The position numbers and the translations under genes are program-made. The notes under the pieces were generated by a model. That model was not told where the DNA came from. It saw only the letters and a program-made list of their open reading frames with translations, and ran no database searches. From Chiloscyllium plagiosum (taxonomy: Eukaryota), in the NCBI RefSeq assembly GCF_004010195.1, contig NC_057728.1:44644279-44708278 (forward strand): a DNA stretch of 64,000 bases, in the 5' to 3' direction. Positions 50,853-62,899 of the stretch are shown here, one piece after another (position 1 is the first letter of the stretch; the number at the start of each line of letters is the position of its first letter).

Positions 50853-51908
50853 TAAATAAAGTCTAATTAGTTTGGACAGACACATGAATAAGCAGATAAT
50901 GTAAGGATGCAGACCATATGCAAACAGATGGGATTAGTTCAGAACAGCATGGTCAGCACAGGCATAAAGGGCCAAAGGCTGTACTCTTCTATGTTCAATT
51001 TGATCTACCATAACCATGAGCATTCACAATTTGATCTTTTATTCTATGAAAATATTAAAGAAAGTCCTGTTTTGACCTTGATGAAGTCTTCACTGCTGTA
51101 GAATTATGTTCAAATAGCACACAAAATCATTGAGTGGTGAAAATAGCCTCTTTATTCAGCAGCAGCAGTAGGACAGGTTCGAGGTAGCAATAGAATCCTG
51201 AAATACACTTCTTACATTAACCTCTTTATACACAGTTCTTCCATTTATTAAAATTCCATCACAATGAATTTATCTATAGCACACAAAGGCTAGAGATGTT
51301 CTGTCCTGAGAGACAGGTGATGGGTGAAAACATGTGCTAAGTGCTGGCTGTGACTCCTTAGAGTGTCTGTCCAGTCTGCTTTCATAATTAAGAGGTGTTA
51401 GTCATTTTGTCTTTTAAGCTAGTAAATGTTAGTAAAAAATATTAGGCCTATATGCTCTAAATAAATTAGAAACTGTACCTGTACTTAATAAAAGAATAAA
51501 GAATATTAAATAGATTACCACTGCTGGCTTGTGAGATTTGTTTATGATTTGCCGCTGTGAGTTTCATTCATTCATGCAATTTCATAGAAGCACTGTTTTA
51601 TAGGTTAAGGGATAGTGACCCCGCTAATAGGTACTCATCAAGTACATACTAATTTCAGAAGCTGTTTGGTATTCTGTAATCTATTCCGGTCCTAGAAATG
51701 GTTGTAAGGGCTGATTAATAATATAATATTTTGTGGAGACTTGATGGGGATAGTATTGTTTATGATACTGACACCTATTCAGAGGTAAATAGACTTAAAC
51801 ACTGCTTGTAGCAAGGGCTGATTAGGATTGAAGATGTGAAAAAACAATGATGTGTTGTTTTAATTGGTCTATCTTAGAGTAATAAAATATACTACAGAAC
51901 TGTGGTTT

Positions 51909-52075
51909 AATGAATGAATGAATGAATGAAACCATATTATAATAGGGAGTTATGAATGAATGAAACGGGAATGTGGTGTTCGTTTGTGAGTGGGTGAGTA
52001 AAGGAATTATGAATGAATAAATATAAAGTATTTGTAAGTGAGAAATATAAAGCGCTTGTGAGTGGGTTAGTGAAG
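51909..52075. repeat. (TGAA)n / GTGAGTGGG low-complexity patch
   Basis: (aatg)5, recurring ttatgaatgaat, and ttgtgagtggg twice. Confidence 0.6.
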
Positions 52076-52619
52076 GGACCTAGTGTACAATATCTTACAC
52101 TGTCATCCTGAAAGCAGAAAAATGTCATAATTTTGGTGGACTGTTAATGTCTAGAGTAGAATTGTTGGGAAAGCAGAGTGAGAAAGTACAACTCAAATGG
52201 CACCCTCCTGCTGGAAAATGTATTCAACATTGTCGCATTACAATAAACACCCTCTATCACCAAAAGGACAAATAAAAAAACACATCCCAGATTAAAACAT
52301 TAGCATCTCACGGATTATCTCATTGTTCAGGTCAAAGATTTAGTTAGTATTTATATTGCTTGATTCATTCAGGGGGTCAATACCTGCAGGACAGATTATC
52401 AATATGTTCAATTCCACCCAGCACCAAAATATTCCAAAGCTCGAAGGTTCAAGGGGAAGAATAATGTCACAGTCTTAAAGCAGCAGGAACCAAGGGAATA
52501 ATTCCAAGTGCAACTCATGACCGGTCTGAAAAGCCTTCACACATCAACTAACTCCAAAAGAAGTGGGAGCAAGTAGAGAGGCACAGAGACAGAGAGAGGG
52601 AGAGAGGAAGGGGGAGAGA

Positions 52620-52930
52620 TCTCAACTTGCAAATGGCCAACGTTCCAAGGAAGGACAAATAAAATGCTTACAAGACACCAACATTTCATCGAAACTTGGC
52701 AGCATTGATGTTAATGACTGGGAGGAGCTTGCTATCAATTTGAAAACTGTGATAATTTCTCTATTGAGATGCTTCAAATTTTGCACCACTACATTTCAAT
52801 GTGAGACAGAGCAACAGCAGAGGAAGACACAAAAGAAGCCAACCATACACTCCAATCCCACTTTGTCTTCAGACATCCTGCCTCATGTGTCCAAAAATCA
52901 GGTCAAGAATTGGCCTAGTCATTCAGCTGA
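52620..52930 (+). mobile_element. RTE-clade LINE ORF C-terminus, decayed
   Basis: QLANGQRSKEGQIKCLQDT...IDVNDWEELA, and in another frame the terminal RSRIGL, typical of RTE C-termini. Confidence 0.65.
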
Positions 52931-53649
52931 AGATCTATGCCTGAAACCTGTGAGCCTGAGTAGTGCTATGTGTCAATTCAAAGGATTGGAGCTTATAATG
53001 TAAGTAAATAGAATTATTCCAGGTGATATCCAACAATCAGCATTTATTTCAATTTGAAAAGCAAGTTAAAGTGGTATATATGGAATAATTCATCATTTTC
53101 AACATTTGCAAACAGAGAAAAAACAATGAGGTGTTCTTTGGGGCTATTCTGCTCATTGATTAGGCTACTAAATTAATTCTCTACAACCTCCCCCAACCTT
53201 TTCCAATTAGCCCACAGAACTTACATTGTCAATACATATCTACTTGCCTTCTTATAGTTGTTGTTGAACTTGCTTCCACCGCCCATTCAGTATTGGAGGA
53301 GGTGACTCATTTACAGTCAAACTGTGAGCTGCAGGTTTCTGCTCACTGTTCCCACTGTTGGCCAAAGTAGCAGATTTCAATTTTGCAATGTGGGTTCTGA
53401 TGAGAAGAAAGAATAGCATTGGTTAGAAACAATGGAGGGTTTGGATCCTCAGTTTCACATAGTGGACACAAACAGTTGTTATGTCACATCCTCAAACCCT
53501 GGATCCCTGCTTCTTGTTTCATCATCATAGTACACTTGTAGCGTAAGATGGGACCATTTCTTGTCCAACTGGTCATATATTTTACAAGTTGCGACCAAAT
53601 TTCTCAGCTTATTTTTTTCAACAGCTATATTTGTTGAGTGGAAAAGGGG

Positions 53650-53905
53650 TGGCATTTTATAAAGAGGAATTTCTTCTCTCAGAGGGTTGAATGTACTTTA
53701 AAGTCCTTGCCACAGAAATCTGTGGAGACAGAGTCCTTGTATATATTTATGACTGAGACAGATAGATTATTAATCAGCACAGGACTCATGGATTATGAGG
53801 TAAAGACAGAGAAGTGGACATGAGGAATGTCAGATCTGCCATGGTCCTATTCAATAACAGAACAGCCCAAGGGGCCGAGTGGTCCACTCCTGTTCCTATT
53901 TTTTC
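53650..53905 (+). mobile_element. CR1 3' end, older subfamily
   Basis: RNFFSQRV...LPQKSVE; tail ggggccgagtggtccactcctgttcctatt. Confidence 0.75.
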
Positions 53906-53954
53906 TATTTTAAAACAGCAAAATGATCTAGTGTCCATAACTAGTAAAAACATG

Positions 53955-54461
53955 CAGGGCTACATTGTACTTTGCTCAAAAACTGCATGCATTCATGTAG
54001 AACTCTGAGCTCAAAAACTGCATGAATTAATGTAAAACTCCGTTATCTCACTTTTTAGATTAGAATCAGTCTAAACATCATGGCATAGACAGAGAACACA
54101 GGGGGCCAACACCTTCAACATATTGTCTAGCTATCACCATTGTTAACAGCTAATCTGAGAATGCAACTTTTTAAAAAAGGTTTTGTGATTTACACATAAA
54201 AGAAGTGAAACAATCATGGCATTCAAACAGATGAAAGACTTAACAGACAATTAATTTTTCAATGTATAATTTCAGTTACATCACACTGTAAATGTTTGCT
54301 ATAAATTCTGTGTGTTAGGATTGAGCCCTCCACTACCACTTGATGAAGAAGCGTCGCTCCGAAAGCTAATGTGCTTCCAATTAAACCTGTTGGACTATAA
54401 CCTGGTGTTGTGTGATTTTTATCTTTGTACACCCCAATCCAACACCGGCATCTCCAAATCA
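53955..54461 (+). mobile_element. 507-bp PLE terminus (H4) with hammerhead motif, long 3' tail and 13-bp TSD
   Basis: TSD TAGTAAAAACATG at 53942-53954 and 54462-54474; TTGATGA-A-GAAGC-GTC-GCTCC-GAAA-GCTA at about 54340-54368. Confidence 0.8.
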
Positions 54462-54490
54462 TAGTAAAAACATGTTTTTCTCAATTTTGT

Positions 54491-54536
54491 TTTTCCTTCT
54501 GAAACTATATTTTCCTTCTGAAACTATATTTTCCTT
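54491..54536. repeat. 19-bp tandem repeat, about 2.4 copies
   Basis: TTTTCCTTCTGAAACTATA twice plus TTTTCCTT. Confidence 0.85.
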
Positions 54537-54859
54537 ACAATGTTTCTTTAAGCAGGACCATCCCCTACAACAGCTGATGAAAACAGCATTAAAAAAGAAT
54601 TAAAAATACAACGCATTTCATTACAACAGCTGTGCATTTTAAAAGGATTATTTATCAGTGAAGCATACATTAATTTTAAACTGAGGATTCTGTTAACAAA
54701 CCATTCAATTGTGAACCTCCACACAGTTTTTTTTTTGGGAAGAATGGCTCTTTTTAGTGACTTGATTTGAAAGAGGGCCTTGTGAGATTTCAAAATAGAT
54801 AAGCAGCAATCTCTATAAAACAAAAATCATTACACAATTTGGCTCTGTGCCCTTTGAAG

Positions 54860-55205
54860 ATCTCAGTATCTAGGCTGATACTTCTAGTACAGTGTTGAAG
54901 GATTACTGCGCTGCTGAAGGGTTTATCTTTTGGGTGAGATGTCAAACCAAAGCTGGTTTAAACCAATGCTTACTTCAAGGCAAGAGAATTCTTCCAGTGC
55001 CTGAACAACATTAATTCCTGAATCAACCAATCCTAAAAGGAGATTATCCGATCCTTTTGCTTCCGGCGGTGGGATCTTGCAGTGTGTAAATTGATTGCTG
55101 TATTTGCCTACAAAACAAGAGTGATTACACTTCAAAAGAAAGTAACTAACTGGCTGTGAAGTACCTTAGGGTCTGCTGAGCAAGTGAAAGGCTCTACATA
55201 AATTC
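54860..55205 (+). mobile_element. Deu-domain-type SINE
   Basis: ctaggctgatacttctagtacagtgttgaaggattactgcgctg...tgagatgtcaaacc...gtgggatcttgcagtgtgtaaattgattgctg; reverse-collinear with 20200-20545. Confidence 0.62.
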
Positions 55206-55366
55206 AATTTCTTCCTTCAAAGTAGAGATCATCATTATTTTTGAAAAGACATGCAAACTACCATTTCAATCATTCATAGGTGCGAAAGTTGGGTTGCAAA
55301 GTTTTACAGGATTTTCGAAAGCAGTTTGTCATTCCAGATGCTGACCTACTTTATACTCAATAGTAA

Positions 55367-55502
55367 GGTAAAAACAATGACTGCAGATGCTGGAAATCAG
55401 AGTCTGGATTAGAATGGTGCTCGAAAAGCACAGCAGTTCAGGCAGCATCCGAGGAGCAGTAAAATCGATGTTTCGGGCAAAAGCCCTTCATCGGGAATAC
55501 CA
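55367..55502 (-). mobile_element. 136-bp H1 PLE mini-insert with 14-bp TSD
   Basis: TSD ATACTCAATAGTAA at 55353-55366 and 55503-55516. Minus strand reads CCGATGA-A-GGGC-TTTT-GCCC-GAAA-CATC. Confidence 0.88.
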
Positions 55503-55890
55503 ATACTCAATAGTAACACAACTTGGAAAAATATCATTAGCAATTTAGCAATGTCGGATACAGTAAACATTTGTTTATACTTGGTGTCAGTTTTGCAAAT
55601 GCGCAGGGGCCCTAAAAAGATTGAAATTTAGTTTTAAAATAAACTCTCTTTGCAAGACAGTAAAAAAACACCAGCCACAATGTCTGCAGGTAAATTCAAC
55701 GAGAGACCCTGAAAGTTTACTCTGGAAATGGAAATGACCACGTGACACGGTCAAGGATTTATTCAGTTGGTCAGGGGTGGGAACCTATATCCAGTCATAC
55801 TGAAGTTATAGAAATGGGGACAGGAATAGGCTGTGCATCCTCTTGAGCCCTAATAAAATTAGGAAAATGTTGATCTCTTCCATATTCTGC

Positions 55891-56288
55891 AGGGGTGACC
55901 TTATACCGGTTTATAAAACCATGAAAGGCATGGATAGGGTAAATAGACAAGGTCTTTTCCCTGGGTTGGGGGAGTCCAGAACTAGAAGGCATAAGTTTAA
56001 GTTGAGAAGGGAAAGATTTGTAAGGGACCCAAAGGGCAACTTTTGCACAAAAAGGATGGTGCATGAATGGAATGAGCTGCCAGAGGAAGTGGTGGAGGCT
56101 GCTGCAACTACAACATTTAAAAGACATCTGAATGGGTATATGAACAGGAAGGGTTTAAGAGGGATACGGGCCAAATGCTGGCAACTGGGACTAGATTGAT
56201 TTAGGATGTCTGATCGGCACGAATGAGTTGGACTGAAGGGTCTATTTGCATACTGAACATCTCTATGGCTATGACTCCATGACTCTAT
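55891..56288 (+). mobile_element. CR1 LINE 3' fragment
   Basis: RGDLIPVYKTMKGMDRV...WNELPEEVVEA plus the CR1 tail. Confidence 0.92.
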
Positions 56289-56837
56289 ATACCTACCTAA
56301 CAAAAATAATGAACTCCATTTTGATCATTTCAAATAATCCAGATACATAGCCTTTTCGAAGGGGAGTAGTGCTCAGCTAATTCAATAGGGGTTGCTGCCA
56401 GTCAGGAGTTCCATTACAGTCAGTCAAGGGCAGCATCAATGACCAGTTCAATGGCTAGGGGACAATCAGCCATCCACTTGTTGTGGTCAAGGTCAAGGAT
56501 TCTGTTTCATTCCAGTCTGCAGATCAGATCGTAGTCAGTCTGCAGGCCACGTTCAAGCAGTCAGGCGATTAACAGAACGTGTGTCACGGAGATGCACAGA
56601 GATTGGTCAGGGATTCAGTCACTCATTATTGAGTCAGCTGAGGCTGTCTGTGCAAATCGGTCAGCAGGTTGGGTATTGGTCCATCCCACGAATCAGCAAA
56701 ATGAATGTCAAAGTGGTTATCAGGGCACAAGGTAGTGTTAAGAAAGTGAGGACTCAATGCTAGAGATTGGAGATAGCAACTTGGGATACAGAGATGTCCA
56801 GGATGGTGAAGGAGGGAATTTGAACATATAAAAGAGG

Positions 56838-56965
56838 AGGCAAAAGTGGGTACTGCAGATGCTGGAGATTAAAGTCAAGATTAGAGTGGTGCTGGAAAAG
56901 CACAGCATGTCAGGCAGCATCCGAGGAGCAAGAGAAATCGACGTTTCAGGCAAAAGCCCTTCATC
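56838..56965 (-). mobile_element. H1 PLE mini-insert truncated in the CUGAUGA core
   Basis: actgcagatgctggagatt...gctggaaaagcacagcatgtcaggcagcatccgaggagc...tcgacgtttcaggcaaaagcccttcatc. No clean TSD. Confidence 0.82.
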
Positions 56966-57347
56966 CTGCATAACAATAATAGGCAGGACCAAGCTGTAGT
57001 GATGTTGTTCGCAGGGGCTGGGGATAAAGAAGAGAATTGGAGTTTGAGGTGATGGGTGGGAATGTTTGGGGATTCAGTATTGATAGGCTGTCCATGGAGT
57101 CCTGGTCAGAAAAGAACATGGAGGCTCAGGGAGGGGAAGCAGAGCATCAGGTCAAGCCTGGGGCTCACACTATCAAATGGGATTTACTCTGCTTCTAAAT
57201 TCCTCAATGTAACTTACCAATGGAAAAAGCTGCAACCATTGGTGAAGTGGGTGAAGTCAGTCTGTTTGCTGGCCAAAGTTTGGACTCCAGCTGAGTGACA
57301 GGAGATGCAGAGGCTAGGTACGCAGCAGTTGAGACTGGTAAACTCTT

Positions 57348-57665
57348 ATTGCACTCCCTCCATAGCTAGAACATCTTTTCTCCAACCAGGAGACCAAAGC
57401 CACACATAGTACTTCAAATGTGGTCTCACCAACATTCTGTATAATGAAAAACATCCCTGCTCCTGTACTTAAATCTTCTCACTATGAAAGCCGATGTGCT
57501 ATTAGCCTTCTTCATTGCCTGCTGCATCTTAATGCTTACTTTCTGTAATTGGTTTACCAGGATTTCCAGGTCTCATTGCACCTCCTTTTTCTCAATCTGT
57601 CACTATTAAGATAATAGTCTGCCTTCTCGTTTTTGTTACCAAAGTGAAAACCTCACTTATCCACA
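57348..57665 (-). mobile_element. Old CR1 ORF2 fragment
   Basis: ggagaccaaagccacacatagtacttcaaatgtggtctcacca reads on the minus strand as LVRPHLKYYVWLWSP-like text. Confidence 0.7.
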
Positions 57666-58279
57666 GTGAGCAAAAGGAGCATCACCGTCTCCATGTTAGA
57701 CCACTGCAGTATCAGGCACAAACAGCTGGACTGAACAGAATTAATTGCCGATTCCAGCACTGGCTGCAGTGATCACACACTCATTGATTTTGAAATTGTT
57801 GCTGCTCAACATGCCAACAGAGGCAAATGCAATTACTTTTTATTTGGTTTTAATTCGCTTTTGGTGTTGGTGAATAAAGGTGTATGTTTCTAAGTGATTG
57901 AAAGTGTTCCTGTATGAGATTTTTCAGTTTGGGACCACAATAAAATGATGGGCTATGATGGGCATTCTGAAAAGAATAGCAGTGACTTAGAAAGGTTGCA
58001 AGATAAACGACAAAGAATAGATAAGCCGATTGGCTGCATGCTTAAACAACATGGGGGTTGGAATGTACACATGCATGTGCAGTCAATTAATGCCATGTCA
58101 CCTACATACCATGAGATGTGTTTATTTGTGCCTTCTGTGCCACTATGTTGACAATGTAAGGCAACTCCAGATTACCAAAGCTTGACCATAGATGGGGTTT
58201 GAAGATGGCACAGTCATGAGGGAAGCCTGAGATGTGGTGAGTACATCTGCCATGAGGGTGTGGTACTTAGTTAATGAGG

Positions 58280-58481
58280 AGAAAGTGAGGTCTGCAGATG
58301 CTGGAGATCAGAGCTGGAAATGTGTTGCTGGAAAAGCGCAGCAGGTCAGGCAGCATCCAGGGAACAGGAGAATCGACGTTTCGGGCATAAGCCCTTCTTC
58401 AGGCTTATGCCCGGAACGTCGATCTCCTGTTCCCTGGATGCTGCCTGACCTGCTGCGCTTTTCCAGCAACACATTTCCAGC
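58280..58481. mobile_element. Head-to-head H1 PLE mini-insert with 16-bp TSD and an intact hammerhead core
   Basis: TSD TACTTAGTTAATGAGG at 58264-58279 and 58482-58497; the left arm on the minus strand reads CTGAAGA-A-GGGC-TTAT-GCCC-GAAA-CGTC. Confidence 0.92.
58374..58403 (-). ncRNA. Minimal type I hammerhead ribozyme motif (best-preserved copy)
   Basis: CUGAAGA core, 4-bp GGGC/GCCC stem II with UUAU loop, GAAA, self-complementary ACGU stem III, GUC cleavage triplet. Stem I is very short. Activity is not shown by sequence alone. Confidence 0.7.
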
Positions 58482-59386
58482 TACTTAGTTAATGAGGCAA
58501 ATTTTGGATGATTGCACAGGAAATCCTTCACTGATCAAAGAGCTATGACGTTGTACACATGGTTATAAAACATTAGACAAGAACAGCTTGCTATGCCTCG
58601 TGTTTTTATGAGGGAAGCTGATTTATCATCATTGACCAATATTGGCAGTTTGACACTGCCTCTTCAGGATTTTATGGGATGGCTTCGTCTAATTTTATAG
58701 CTCTGGGAGGCTGAGTAAGGGCTCAATCTTTTATAGAGATATGTTCTGAAAGATTTGGTTTAGTTAGTCCAAGGTTGGAAACACTGGGAGAAGAAAAACC
58801 TGGCAGCATTGCACATTGAGATCTGAGGGCAGACAGATTTGTGCCTATACGCTGTACCTTCACCACATCAACATCAGTAGTTTAAGAATGTGGCTCAACA
58901 TCACCTTAAGAATTAGGGATGTATTATAAATGCTGGACTTGCTAATAATGTTAACATCCCATAAGCAGCCATATTTGTAACCCACATTTTCATGCATTAA
59001 TAATCTGTTTCTGGTGAGACTGAACATTTTAATGCATTGCTTGTTAGAGGATATCAGGCTTTACACTCTTTCATAATGAGTATTTTGCATCAGTATTTAC
59101 TGTGGAAAAGAAAATGGAAGATATAGACTGTAGGGAAGTAGATGGTGACATCTTGCAAAATATCCATATTACAGAGGAGGAAGTGCTGGATGTCTTGAAA
59201 CGGGTAAAGATGGATAAATCCCCAGGAACTGATCAGGTGTACCCAAGAACTCTGTGGGAAGCTAGAGAAGTGATTGCTGGGCCTCTTGCTGAGATATTTG
59301 TATCATCGATGGTCACAGGTGAGGTGCCGGAAGACTGGAGGTTGGCTAACGTGGTGCCACTGTTTAAGAAGGGTGGTAAGGACAAG

Positions 59387-59516
59387 GAGAAAGTGAGGAC
59401 TACAGATGCTGGAGATCAGAGCTGAAAATGTGTTGCTGGAAAAGTGCAGCAGGTCAGGCAGCATCCAAGGAGCAGGAGAATCGACGTTTCAGACATGAGC
59501 CCTTCTTCAGCAATGC
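59387..59516 (-). mobile_element. 130-bp H1 PLE mini-insert inside CR1 ORF2 with 10-bp TSD
   Basis: TSD TAAGGACAAG at 59377-59386 and 59517-59526; the same 10-mer is single-copy in the paralogous CR1 at 4883-4892. Confidence 0.92.
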
Positions 59517-59771
59517 TAAGGACAAGCCAGGGAACTATAGACCGGTGAGCCTGACCTCGATGGTGGGCAAGTTGTTGGAGGGAATCCTGAGGGACAGGAT
59601 GTACATGTATTTGGAAAGGCAAGGACTGATTAGGGACAGTAAACATGGCTTTGTGCATGGGAAATCATGTCTCACAAACTTGATTGAGTTTTTTGAAAAA
59701 GTAACAAAGAAGATTGATTAGGGCAGAGCAGTAGATGTGATCTATATGGACTTCAGTAAGGCGTTCGACAA

Positions 59772-59932
59772 NNNNNNNNNNNNNNNNNNNNNNNNNNNNN
59801 NNNNNNNNNNNNNNNNNNNNNNNNNNNNNNNNNNNNNNNNNNNNNNNNNNNNNNNNNNNNNNNNNNNNNNNNNNNNNNNNNNNNNNNNNNNNNNNNNNNN
59901 NNNNNNNNNNNNNNNNNNNNNNNNNNNNNNNN
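59772..59932. other. Assembly gap (161 N) inside CR1
   Basis: N run. Confidence 0.98.
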
Positions 59933-62694
59933 GTAAGGCCCTAGGGAGTGTTGCTGAACAAAGAGATCTTGGAGCGCAAGTTCATACTCCTTGAAAGTAA
60001 GAGTTGCAGGTAGATAGGATAGTGAAGAAGGCGTTTGGTATGCTTTCCTTTATTGGTCAGAGTATTGAGTACAGGAGTTGGGAGGTCATGTTGCGAGTGT
60101 ACAGGTGATTGGTTAGGCCAATGTTGGAATATTGCGTGCAATTCTGGTCTCCTTCCTATCGGACAGATGTTGTGAAACTTGAACGGGTTCAGAAAAGATA
60201 TATAAGGATGTTGCCAGGGTTGGAGGATTTGAGCTACAGGGAGAGGCTGAACAGGCTGGGGCTGTTTTCCTTGGAGCATTGGAGGCTGAGGTGTGACCTT
60301 ATAAAGGTTTACAAAATTATGAGGGGCATGGATATGGTAAATAGGCAAAGTCCTTTCCCTGGGGTCGGGGAGTCCAGAACTAGAGGGCATAGGTTTAGGG
60401 TGAGAGGGGAAAGATATAAAAGAGACCTAAAGGGCAACATTTTCACACAGAAGGTAGTACGTGTATGGAATGAGCTGCCAGAGGAAGTGGTGGAGCTGGT
60501 ACAACTGCAACATTTAAGAGGCATCTGGATGGGTATAAGAATAGGAAGGGTTTGGAGGGATATGGGCTGGGTGCTGGCAGGTGGGACTAGTTTGGATTGG
60601 GATATCTGGTCGGCATGGATGGGTTGGATCGAAGGGTCTGTTTCCATGCTGTACATCTGTATGATTCTACAAGATTGTGATTCTTCTCTTACTGTGTTTC
60701 CTTTCCCCACATCTTCAATTGCACCTTTTTCTGCACAAATGATATCTTGTGACCAATGTCACTTAAACTGGTCTTGCATTTCTGCCGATGTATTAAAATG
60801 AACTCAAGCTTTTACTCTTTTCAATGTTTACCACATTGGAAACTAAGTAATTCAAAAAAGTTTTTAAATCATTGAACTGTGGCTACTACAGTAGTAACTG
60901 GATCTGCCTAAAACCACCCTGACTAATTGCGTGTTTTTAGTTCACTCATGCTTATCAGTGTGTCAAATATATATCAAAGTGTGTTGAATAACATTAGTAA
61001 TACTCAAGGTATTTATGGCTGTACTAAAGTATTTTATTTGATGAAATGTTTCCTCTTTCAAATACATGATGAAATTGTAAAGACATTTGAAAGGAATTCA
61101 TTAATAATTTTGCCATAGATTAGTACAAGAAGGATATTTTTCTCTGATGAAGATGAGCTATAATCCAAATATCTCTTTATTCATATAACTGTTGATATAA
61201 TGGAAAACTTTCCACAGAATGCTGTTTCAATTACAAGAGAAGACATGCAAGATACAAGCATCCCAGAGGTTTCTCATAACACAAACTAAATAAGTAAGTG
61301 GCATGTTTTTTATAGGCTAGAGTAAATAATTAGTAATGCATTCCTGGTCATCTAAAAACAATTTAGTGAATTTAAATTGCCTCTTTAAGCAATTAGCTAA
61401 TTAGATTTTATCTAAGTGATCAAGAATATGATTCAATGAATGAAATAATTAATTAGCTTTTTTGTGAGAAGCCATCACAGGGGAATATGCAAAAGATTGA
61501 AAGTTTTTATGACATGGGTGCTTTTGTATTGTGAGCTTGACATTGAAGCTGTTGTAAATTATTTCTTTGTTAACATCTGGTGATTATTAAAAGAGTTACC
61601 AAAATAAAATTGTCAAATTAATCACAAGTTATCTGATGACTTCAGAACTTAACCTACATTTAATCATAGATTGAGAAGGAGGTCTGATACCATGTGTTCC
61701 AGTTCATTTCACAACCTCTAATCGGTTGTTAATTCCATTAACACACTCCACGTTGTGGAGATGAGAGAACCTTTGACATGAACTCTGAGAAGCGTGTGGA
61801 TTTATGTTGGAGGGAAGAACAATAAGGCAGCATTGGCCTGTCATTCCTACAGAATAAAAAAAAAGAGAATTCTGTTTTTTGGTACCAATGTCTAATTATC
61901 CTTATTTCTTATTCAAGCGCATGACTAAAAAGTGGTAAAACATGGTCAGTCATCAACTTAAAGGTGAAATCTTATTAGACTTGGGCTCTCACATTCAAAA
62001 ACTCTGTTTTGTATAGCATCAAGAGTCAAATTATTGGTCTACTGACATTTCTATTCGCATAACTGGTGTAGATTGCATGATAATTTTATATATAAAAATC
62101 CCAGTATTCATAAATCTGTGCTATCATTTTTATAGCACTGAGTGTAACACTCTACCATATCACACCCTGGGCTATTAAGTCCCTTGTTTATGCAAGTTGT
62201 GGTTCTGTTAGTAAAATAAAACACCTCTGCAATAAACTCTCCTCACTGATCTTCTGAATGGCTCCCAAAATAGAGTTATGGAAAGTTTTCAAACTTTGGA
62301 AAGGGATGCACTTTGGCTGAAACAGTTTCTTTAACTATTTATTATCCTTGCAGTTTTTCTGGGACATTCCAGAAGGGAATGTTTGATCTTTGAAAGATGA
62401 ATATTTACTGCTAAAGAAAAGGACACATTTTTGCAGCTTTAAAAGCTTTCTGGTGTAATGAGAACTCGAAGGTCGTGATATTGCTGGAGAGAAGTTTCTC
62501 ACCATATGTGCTGTTAGTAATTCTCTTCCTCACACTCAGCCCTCAGCTAAAATTGGCCACAAATTGCTGAAAATGCAAGTTGAAAAAATATGGCAAAAGC
62601 AATGGAGATCCTGGACTTTTGGTAGCGGGGCCAATAATCCCTATCCTTAACAGATCAGATTTAAACACAGAAATGAACAAAGAGAGACATAGAA

Positions 62695-62835
62695 GGAACA
62701 TACAAATGTAAAAAATAAGAAATTAGAAGATCGCTTTGACCCTGAAGCCTGTTCCACCATTAAATTAGATCATAGCTGATTTGTTAGTGTTGCAATTTGC
62801 ACCTTCCAATCTACCCAAAATAACCTTTGATTTCC
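62695..62835 (-). mobile_element. Old CR1 3' tail fragment
   Basis: gaagcctgttccaccattaaattagatcatagctgatttg resembles 23240-23282. Confidence 0.5.
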
Positions 62836-62899
62836 AAATGTGACTCCTTTCCTCAATATCTTTGTTTCCATTTTTGGGGATATGCTGGTCACCAATGTC

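Larger units (their letters stand above)
59076..60669 (+). mobile_element. CR1 LINE, RT region to 3' end, containing an H1 insert and an assembly gap
   Basis: [63 protein letters not shown]; highly similar to 4580-6273. Confidence 0.95.

Noticed and set aside
52563..53003. 146-aa ORF as a host gene
   Set aside because: It consists of a GA-rich tract plus a decayed RTE C-terminus, with the terminal motif in another frame.
60109..60801. Longest ORF (230 aa) as a host CDS
   Set aside because: It is the CR1 ORF2 C-terminus reading through a frameshift into the 3' UTR and flank.
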